DNA of 64,000 nt from Cytophagales bacterium (GTDB lineage: Bacteria > Bacteroidota > Bacteroidia > Cytophagales > JAHDFW01). The notes beneath the pieces are model-generated. The model did not search any database. It worked only from the letters and a program-made list of their open reading frames with translations, and had not been told where the DNA came from. Both the position numbers and the translations under genes were made by a program. Where the stretch lies: contig JAHDFW010000003.1 in assembly GCA_020627945.1 (NCBI GenBank), positions 7,599 to 71,598 of the forward strand, written 5' to 3'. How positions within the stretch are numbered: the stretch's first letter is position 1; each line of letters starts with the position of its first letter. Shown in pieces: positions 37,793 through 44,883 of this stretch.

Positions 37793-39280
37793 ATGAAATA
37801 TCAATACGACGCGTATATAAGTTTCTCAGATCGAGATAACATCGAATCCGAAGGATATGAAGGCTGGGTAACCAACTTCAATAAATTCTTAACCTCGGTG
37901 CTTACTCAGTTATTAAATAGAGAACCTAAAATAGTTCTTTCTTCGGAAAGAGAAGCGGCTAAGAAAGAACATGGTTATACAACTGAAGAACTGTTGAAAA
38001 ACACAGGAGCATTTGTTTCGGTTCTTTCAGACAATTACATACAAGACGAAAAATCACTAGATGAATTAGAATTATTTAATAAGCATCACCAGGAAAAAAT
38101 TAGGTTTTTCGAAGAAAGTGAACAACAAGAAGGTACTGGTTTATTTAAAGCCGTGAAAAGCCCTATTGATAGAGCTCAGCAACCCGATGCTATTAAGTCT
38201 CTATTGTCTTTCGATTTTTTTAGGTTTGATTCGGAGCAAAACACATTTGAAGAACTTGTTTCATATTTCGACTCATCAGCAAAGAAAACTTACTGGCTCA
38301 GTTTGGTTGATCTTGCTTACCACATATATTATGTAGTAAGTGATCAAGAAAGAGTTGTAGACTCAGGTCGAACTGTTTACTTGGCCGAAACCACACCTGA
38401 CCAATCACCATATCGTAACATTATAAAGCGTGAATTAGAAAGTCATGGGTTTAAGGTCCTACCAAGTTCCCCGCTTAATGTTAACTCCAATGAAATTGAA
38501 AACGAAATTAAGAATTATCTTAAGCAAAGCTCGTTAGCGATTCACATTATGGGAGAGCAATATGGAAATCACATTGGGGTTTCTGAGTATTCACTTCCTG
38601 AAATTCAAAATATGGTCGCAGCTGAATATTGCGAAGAAAATAATAAAAAAGAGGCGTTCATACCTTTCGAAAGATTGATTTGGATTTCACCAATTCTTAA
38701 TGTGCAAGATGAAAAACAAAAGGTATACCTAAGCCAATTGAAAAAGGATATTGATAGCCTTTCGGACGCCGAAATCGTTCAGACTCCTTTGGCTGTTTTT
38801 AAATCAATCGCATATAATAAGGCTAATCAGGATATAAATAACCTGAAAAGAAAACTGGCCCAAAAAGCAAATAACCAGAAAAAGTCGGTGTATCTGGTAC
38901 ACGGTAAGGAAGATTTACAAGCTGTAGCACCGCTAAAAGATTGGGTAACCAAAAATGGACTAGATCTTATTCCTTCAATTTTTGAAGGAGACCAATTTGA
39001 TCTTGTTCATAAACATCGTAATAACCTAGCCCAATGTGATGGTGTAATCATCTATTACGCTCATTACAATGAACAATGGGTTAGAATTAAACTAAGGGAT
39101 TTAATTAAAGCACCTGGATTTGGTAGAAAGAGTCCATTGGATACAACCGCTATTTACATGGGATTAGAAGATTCTAATGTAAAAGAACTGAGTGTAGACC
39201 AAGGATTGATCGTAATTGAAAATGAAGGTGATTTTAAATCTCATTTGATGGAAGAATTCCTTAACGACTTACTGAACTGA
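37793..39280 (+). CDS. Stand-alone TIR-domain protein with two further TIR-like/DUF4062-like flavodoxin-fold modules
   Basis: Starts 'MKYQYDAYISFSDRDN' (TIR beta-A signature). 'FVSVLSDNYIQDEKSLDELELF' fits the beta-C/alpha-C region with a candidate catalytic Glu (E91, nt 38063-38065). Module 2 'RTVYLAETTPDQSPYRNIIKRELESHGFKVLP...LAIHIMGEQYG'. Module 3 'KSVYLVHGKEDLQ...CDGVIIYYAHYNEQWVRIKLRDL'. Confidence 0.65.
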   Translation: MKYQYDAYISFSDRDNIESEGYEGWVTNFNKFLTSVLTQLLNREPKIVLSSEREAAKKEHGYTTEELLKNTGAFVSVLSDNYIQDEKSLDELELFNKHHQEKIRFFEESEQQEGTGLFKAVKSPIDRAQQPDAIKSLLSFDFFRFDSEQNTFEELVSYFDSSAKKTYWLSLVDLAYHIYYVVSDQERVVDSGRTVYLAETTPDQSPYRNIIKRELESHGFKVLPSSPLNVNSNEIENEIKNYLKQSSLAIHIMGEQYGNHIGVSEYSLPEIQNMVAAEYCEENNKKEAFIPFERLIWISPILNVQDEKQKVYLSQLKKDIDSLSDAEIVQTPLAVFKSIAYNKANQDINNLKRKLAQKANNQKKSVYLVHGKEDLQAVAPLKDWVTKNGLDLIPSIFEGDQFDLVHKHRNNLAQCDGVIIYYAHYNEQWVRIKLRDLIKAPGFGRKSPLDTTAIYMGLEDSNVKELSVDQGLIVIENEGDFKSHLMEEFLNDLLN

Positions 39281-39290
39281 TAACAATACT

Positions 39291-42200
39291 ATGGCTGAAG
39301 CAACTCAAATAAGGCAAAAAAGTCGCAAGCGTGTAAAGTTTAATCCGTTTCCAGGGTTACGCCCATTTACCGTAAATGAAAGTCACTTGTTTTTTGGAAG
39401 AGAAGGACAGAGTGATGAGGTACTTAAAAAGCTTGCTGAAAATAAATTTACTGCTGTAATTGGAGCATCTGGATCTGGTAAATCTTCGCTTATGTACTGT
39501 GGAGTGATACCTACGGTATATGGAGGTTTTATTTCTAAAGCTGGTGATAGTTGGAGAATGGTTGTAACACGACCAGGTAATGCTCCTATTGACAATCTAG
39601 CTAAGGCAATTGTGGAAAGTGAACCAGATCATGAAGGTGGTTCAGAAGAAAAGCTTCGAATTCAACGTACTATGAACTCCGCAATTTTGCGTTCTAGTTC
39701 AAAAGGTTTGGTAGAAGCACTACGTCAAGTAAACCAGAAGCGAAAGCAAAACATATTACTTCTTATAGATCAGTTCGAGGAGTTATTTCGTTTTAAGAAA
39801 AGTGCGGAAAATGTAGATTCTGCCAATGAATCAGCGGAATTTGTTCGCTTATTTTTAGAAGCAGCCAACCAAAGTGAAGTGCCTATTTATGTGGTACTAA
39901 CAATGCGTTCAGATTTTATTGGGGACTGTGCTCAATTCCCTAGTCTTACGGAAAAAATTAATGACAGTCACTACTTGATTCCGCAGATGACCCGTAACGA
40001 TATGCAAAATGCTATTGAAGGGCCTGTCGCAGTAGGTGGTGGTAAAATTTCTCCTCATTTGGTTCAGCAATTGCTCAATGAGGTCGGAGATAACCCAGAT
40101 CAACTTCCCATTCTTCAGCATGCCCTTATGAGAACATGGGATGCTTGGGAAAATTCTATCGAAGATGAAGCCATGATCAATATTGATCATTATGACTCCA
40201 TTGGTAGAATGGAAAAAGCACTTTCCAATCACGCCAACGAAGCATATGACGAACTAAGTGAAGGTGGTAAACGAATTTGCGAAAACCTCTTTAAGACACT
40301 AACTGAAAAAGGTGGTGATAATAGAGGGATTCGTAGACCAACTGCCCTTCTCACCGTTGCGGACATTTGTCATGCACCAATGGACGAGGTGAAAGAAGTA
40401 GTTGAAAAATTTAGAGTTGCTGGAAGATCATTCTTAGCACCATCTTCAAGTGTAAAACTTGAATCTGATACTATAGTCGATATTTCTCACGAAAGTTTGA
40501 TGAGAATTTGGGATCGTCTTATTGTTTGGGTAGATGAGGAAGCAACGGCAGTAAATACATACGTTAGAATTGCCGACGCAGCTGCACTCTATCAAGTCGG
40601 AAAAGCAAGCTTATGGAGACCACCAGATTTGCAGCTTGCACTGAATTGGAAAGAAAAGAAAGAGCCTACCTTAAAATGGGCCGAACGGTATGATCCGTCT
40701 TTTGAAAGAGCAATGGTATTCCTTCAAACCAGTAAGGATACTTATGAAGCTGAAGAAAGGAATAAAATTTTACAACAAAAACGAGCTCTAAAACGCTCCA
40801 GAATTGTTGCAATTGTACTTGGTACAGCCGCAGTAATAGCACTTTTCCTTACACTTTGGGCTTTTATACAACAGCAAAAAGCCGAGGAAAAAGAGAAAGA
40901 AGCTCTTGAAGCAAAAGCTAATGCCGAGGTAAAAGAAAAAGAAGCAAACCTTGCTAAGGAAGACGCTCTTAAGCAAAAAGCTATTGCAGAGGAAAAGGAG
41001 CAAGAAGCTCTTGTACAAAAAGCTTTAGCGGATTCTGCTAAAGTGTTGGCCGAATTATCTGCCGCTGAAGCACTTCGACAAAAAGGGATTGCACTTCAAA
41101 AAGAGAAAGAAGCGAATCGTCAGAAAGTTATTGCTGAGGAAAAAGAGGCGGAAGCACAAAAACAGAAAACCTTAGCGGAGCAAAAGGAGAAAGAGGCAAT
41201 TGCGGCACAGTTAGAAGCGGATAAACTGCGAATGCTTTCGATTTCTAAAGCGATGGCTATTAAATCTGCTCAAATGCGAAGAGATACCACTCGTAAAGCA
41301 TTATTGGCTTACCAATCTTACATATTTAATGATGAATATAAAGGTGAAGAACACAATGCCGATGTTTATGATGGTCTTTATTCAACTCTTAAATCTTTGA
41401 ATCAAGAAGAATACAATAGTCTGGAGGGACATACGGATGCTATTCGTGCTTTGAACTTTTCAAATGAAGGTACTTTGTATTCAACTGGTAGTGATGGTAA
41501 AATTATGGCTTGGGATACGGAGTCATCAACTTCTCCATTTAAAACAGTTTATAGTGATGATAAAATCAAAAGAACTATGGTTGTGAGCCCAGACAACAAA
41601 AGTCTGGCAGTTGGTGATGAAAGTTCAAATATTAAGTTAGTGAACATTGCAAGTGGTGACGCTTCTGAATTAAAAGACCACACTAAAGCAGTTTGGGCAT
41701 TAACTTACGACAAAGAAGGGAACCTATATAGTACCTCTGCAGATTCAACTTTGAGAGTATGGAACAATGGAACTTCTAAAATTCTTACCAACGGTCAGTT
41801 GATTAGAACCGTATCAGTGTATGGAGATAATATCGCTTGTGGACAAATGAACTCCAAATTAACTATTTGGAACAAGAGCAACGGTTCTCTGGTTAAGAGT
41901 TTAGACGAGGCTTCACCTGTATATTCTGTGGCTTACAGCCCAGATGGGAAATTACTCGCTTGTGGAGATCTTCAAGGTAATATTAAAATTTACGACTCTA
42001 AATCGTATGAGTTAATAACTAGTTTACGTGGACACACTGCAAGGGTACATGAGATTGAGTTTAGCCAAGATGGATCTCAAATGGCAACTGCTAGTTTCGA
42101 CAAAACGGTATTACTTTGGAAAACTGCCGACTTCAACGTGACTCCAATAAGTATGAGAGATCATGAAGGTTGGGTAGTAACAATGGCTTTTAGTCCTGAT

Positions 42201-42407
42201 GGCACTAAACTTATCGCAGGTTGTATTGACAATGTAATTCGAGTTTGGCCTACTGATATTAAGAGTATGGCAGAACAAATTTGCGAAAAACTTAAGAGAA
42301 ACATGACTCAGAAGGAATGGGAAAAATATGTAGCTAAAGATATTCCTTACGAAAAAACATGTGACGCTCTTCCTGTAGGTGAAGGAGTAAAACCAGAAAA
42401 CGAATAA
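39291..42407 (+). CDS. Membrane-anchored STAND (nSTAND-type) P-loop NTPase + K/E/A coiled coil + 7-blade WD40 propeller
   Basis: 'FNPFPGLRPFTVNESHLFFGRE' leader. Walker A 'GASGSGKSS' (39462-39485). Walker B 'ILLLIDQFEELF'. 'VVLTMRSDF'. One TM helix 'IVAIVLGTAAVIALFLTLWAFI' (40800-40868) preceded by 'KRSR'. Coiled coil at 40869-41234. Seven WD repeats ('GHTDAIRALNFS...IMAWD' through 'DHEGWVVTMAFSPDG...IRVWP'). Confidence 0.85.
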   Translation: MAEATQIRQKSRKRVKFNPFPGLRPFTVNESHLFFGREGQSDEVLKKLAENKFTAVIGASGSGKSSLMYCGVIPTVYGGFISKAGDSWRMVVTRPGNAPIDNLAKAIVESEPDHEGGSEEKLRIQRTMNSAILRSSSKGLVEALRQVNQKRKQNILLLIDQFEELFRFKKSAENVDSANESAEFVRLFLEAANQSEVPIYVVLTMRSDFIGDCAQFPSLTEKINDSHYLIPQMTRNDMQNAIEGPVAVGGGKISPHLVQQLLNEVGDNPDQLPILQHALMRTWDAWENSIEDEAMINIDHYDSIGRMEKALSNHANEAYDELSEGGKRICENLFKTLTEKGGDNRGIRRPTALLTVADICHAPMDEVKEVVEKFRVAGRSFLAPSSSVKLESDTIVDISHESLMRIWDRLIVWVDEEATAVNTYVRIADAAALYQVGKASLWRPPDLQLALNWKEKKEPTLKWAERYDPSFERAMVFLQTSKDTYEAEERNKILQQKRALKRSRIVAIVLGTAAVIALFLTLWAFIQQQKAEEKEKEALEAKANAEVKEKEANLAKEDALKQKAIAEEKEQEALVQKALADSAKVLAELSAAEALRQKGIALQKEKEANRQKVIAEEKEAEAQKQKTLAEQKEKEAIAAQLEADKLRMLSISKAMAIKSAQMRRDTTRKALLAYQSYIFNDEYKGEEHNADVYDGLYSTLKSLNQEEYNSLEGHTDAIRALNFSNEGTLYSTGSDGKIMAWDTESSTSPFKTVYSDDKIKRTMVVSPDNKSLAVGDESSNIKLVNIASGDASELKDHTKAVWALTYDKEGNLYSTSADSTLRVWNNGTSKILTNGQLIRTVSVYGDNIACGQMNSKLTIWNKSNGSLVKSLDEASPVYSVAYSPDGKLLACGDLQGNIKIYDSKSYELITSLRGHTARVHEIEFSQDGSQMATASFDKTVLLWKTADFNVTPISMRDHEGWVVTMAFSPDGTKLIAGCIDNVIRVWPTDIKSMAEQICEKLKRNMTQKEWEKYVAKDIPYEKTCDALPVGEGVKPENE
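40869..41234 (+). repeat. K/E/A-rich imperfect repeats (coiled coil) inside the STAND gene
   Basis: aa 527-648: recurring 'EEKEKEALEAKA', 'VKEKEANLAKE', 'AEEKEQEALVQKA', 'LQKEKEANRQK', 'AEEKEAEAQKQK', 'EQKEKEAIAAQ'. Confidence 0.7.
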
Positions 42408-42489
42408 AGAAATTTTGATCCACAATGTAATGTATTCCAACATGTGTAGAACAATTCGAAATATTAATCCAATTCCATCATTAAAAAGA

Positions 42490-43542
42490 ATGGTAATACT
42501 TGTGTTTTTATGCACAACAGGATTCTTGTTTTCGTTGCAAACTTCAGCTCAAGAAGATTGCTCTGAAAAACTAAAAAATGCAGAAGCTAGTTACGAAGGA
42601 GGAAACATTGAAAATGTTGAATCTATTGTAACAGGGTGTCTAGATAATGGCGGGTTCAGTAAGGCAGAAAGAGAAGAAGCTTATAAACTACTTACTCTTG
42701 TTGGTCTTTTTGAAGATGATTTCCCAAAGGCTGAGTCCAACATGACTAAACTCCTTAACTCAAATCCGGATTTTAAACCTAAACCATCGGACCCTATTGA
42801 GTTAAAGAAATTGTATGATCTATTTAGAATTGACCCGGTATTAACATTTGGACTACGCTTAGGATTAAATAGTAGTTACACTACACTTCTAAGATACTAT
42901 TCCGTTGAAAATTCAACCGATTTAAGTGATGGATTTATTTCTTCTGGATTAGGATTTCAAATTTCTGGAGCATTAAATGTTCGTATTGCTGGAGGTCTTT
43001 ATGCAACGTTAGAGCCTGGCTATACGTCAGTTAACTTTGTAGACCTAGGTACTAGTTTATATGACAGTGCCAACATTGTGGGCTTTACTGAAACTATGAC
43101 CAAAATGGGACTTTCAGGTGGTTTTAGTAATGAATTTAACAGATACAAGTCTATAAAACCTACTTTGGAAGCAGGTGCAGGGATTTTCAGACTTATTAGT
43201 TCGGACACGAAAATTACTCGAGATTATTTAGATGAAAGTGGAAGTGCTAGTGTTCAAGAGTCGGAAATCAACCTAAATGCGAATCGTGCAAACACCATGT
43301 TTAACCTATACTATGGTGCTGAGGTGAAATTCAAAGCAGGAAGTAGAGGAAACATTGTGATTGGAGTAAGACATAATATCGGATTGACCAACATTACCTC
43401 ATCAAGGTACAACGACAATCTAATGTATAGATACTATCATATACTGGATGACATGACTCAAAACTCCATAATGTTCAGAGTTGGGTACTTGCAATCAGTG
43501 TATAGACCAAAAATATTGAAAAGAAAATTAAAGCAACAATAA
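42490..43542 (+). CDS. Outer-membrane beta-barrel protein with N-terminal TPR-like helical segment
   Basis: Signal peptide 'MVILVFLCTTGFLFSLQTSAQ', so the track start at 42415 is trimmed. Helical 'AEASYEGGNIENVESIV...EEAYKLLTLVGLFEDDFPKAESNMTKLL'. Then alternating-hydrophobic strands 'VLTFGLRLGLNSSY', 'GFQISGALNV', 'YYGAEVKFKA', 'IMFRVGYLQ'. Confidence 0.6.
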   Translation: MVILVFLCTTGFLFSLQTSAQEDCSEKLKNAEASYEGGNIENVESIVTGCLDNGGFSKAEREEAYKLLTLVGLFEDDFPKAESNMTKLLNSNPDFKPKPSDPIELKKLYDLFRIDPVLTFGLRLGLNSSYTTLLRYYSVENSTDLSDGFISSGLGFQISGALNVRIAGGLYATLEPGYTSVNFVDLGTSLYDSANIVGFTETMTKMGLSGGFSNEFNRYKSIKPTLEAGAGIFRLISSDTKITRDYLDESGSASVQESEINLNANRANTMFNLYYGAEVKFKAGSRGNIVIGVRHNIGLTNITSSRYNDNLMYRYYHILDDMTQNSIMFRVGYLQSVYRPKILKRKLKQQ

Positions 43543-44819
43543 TGAAAAAATACTTAGTAATTACAGTATTAGCCATTAGCATTTTTGCATGCCGTGAAAA
43601 AGGTGATCCTTTTGAGCCAGTAAGTTCTAAAAAGTTTGTGAAGTTATATGGAAAATCAAAGGTGGATGTAGCCTATGACCTCTTGCAAACCTCAGATGGA
43701 GGTTACATTATGGCAGGAGGTGTAATGGATTTCTATGGAGCTAAATATACAGGAGACCACCAGTTTTACGTAGTAAAAACAAGCCCATATGGAAACATTG
43801 AATGGGAAGTATCTCTTGGGGATAGTCTAATGAATGATACCGCCAAAGCCATTCATATTACTCCAGAAGGAGATTATATTGTTGCAGGTACTAAATCAAT
43901 TAATGACACAATAAATGGTGTACATAGTAACATGTACGTTGTCAAAATCGACCAAAGTGGCAATATAATATGGGAAAATGATCAAATTGGAAGTGCAGGG
44001 ATTAATGAAACATGTAATGCTTTTACCGCTATTGCCGATGGATATGTGTTGGTTGGAAGTACAGATGCTGCCAGCACTACAGTGGATAGTACAGTTATTG
44101 TCAACCAGTCAGGGACTAAAGATCAGTATTTGATAAGAATTGATTTAGATGGCCAAGTGGTCCCTTTTGGTACTGCACAACATGGAGGTTTTGCTAATGA
44201 TGAGTATGTAGATTGCCTCTTGAGATTTACGGCTGGAGAATATAGAGTGATTCTATTAGGCAGTGGAGTTTCTAATTTTGGAGATGAGGATATTACCATT
44301 ACAACTAAGAAAGTATCGGATTTAGCGGGACCAACGGATTTTGATGTTCCCACTAATGACGAACACAACGATATTCCAGGTAAACTTTACGATGCTGGAG
44401 ATTTCATTATGATGATAGGTACTGATGGACTAGGAGGCTCTTCAGCATCCAAGCTAGTTAACTATCAATTTAATGGTAAAGATTTGATCACTGCAGGGTT
44501 TGATACCATTATTACTTCCAATAATTGGACGAGTACATTTGGTAACTCTGTAGTAAAAGCTTGGGACAACTCAAGTTATATAATGCTAAGTACAGGAGTA
44601 CAAGGCGATAATTCTGGGATTCTCGCAAATATAGTGAGTATCAATGGAGCAGAACTTGATCCATATTTCCAAAATCAGGAATATGGATTAGGTGTAAATG
44701 AAGGTGTTAAAATCATCCGTACTTCAGACTTTGGATATGCTATTTTAGGCAATACCAGGTTTGGAGCTGATCAGAAGTTTCTGTTTATAAAAATGGATGA
44801 ATTTGGAAACATTGAATAA
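43542..44819 (+). CDS. Lipoprotein with beta-propeller-like repeats
   Basis: Lipobox 'AISIFAC'. Repeating 'DGGYIMAGG...YVVKTSPYGNIEWE', 'EGDYIVAGT...YVVKIDQSGNIIWE', 'DGYVLVGS...YLIRIDLDGQVV'. The start overlaps the upstream stop (TAATG). Confidence 0.6.
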   Translation: MKKYLVITVLAISIFACREKGDPFEPVSSKKFVKLYGKSKVDVAYDLLQTSDGGYIMAGGVMDFYGAKYTGDHQFYVVKTSPYGNIEWEVSLGDSLMNDTAKAIHITPEGDYIVAGTKSINDTINGVHSNMYVVKIDQSGNIIWENDQIGSAGINETCNAFTAIADGYVLVGSTDAASTTVDSTVIVNQSGTKDQYLIRIDLDGQVVPFGTAQHGGFANDEYVDCLLRFTAGEYRVILLGSGVSNFGDEDITITTKKVSDLAGPTDFDVPTNDEHNDIPGKLYDAGDFIMMIGTDGLGGSSASKLVNYQFNGKDLITAGFDTIITSNNWTSTFGNSVVKAWDNSSYIMLSTGVQGDNSGILANIVSINGAELDPYFQNQEYGLGVNEGVKIIRTSDFGYAILGNTRFGADQKFLFIKMDEFGNIE

Positions 44820-44883
44820 TAACTGGTAGAAGGTATATTCTTTTTACCTAAAATATAATCAACAAGTTGAAAACGTGTCAGTT

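Noticed and set aside
40869-41234. The K/E/A-rich region, considered as a DNA-level tandem repeat or phase-variable tract.
   Set aside because: The units are imperfect at the nucleotide level and vary in length. It is better explained as a coiled-coil low-complexity segment.
42490-43542. The OMP upstream of the giant adhesins, considered as a PorP/SprF-type T9SS partner.
   Set aside because: The N-terminal region is TPR-like and Cys-containing. It does not have the pattern I associate with PorP/SprF proteins. A generic beta-barrel call is retained.
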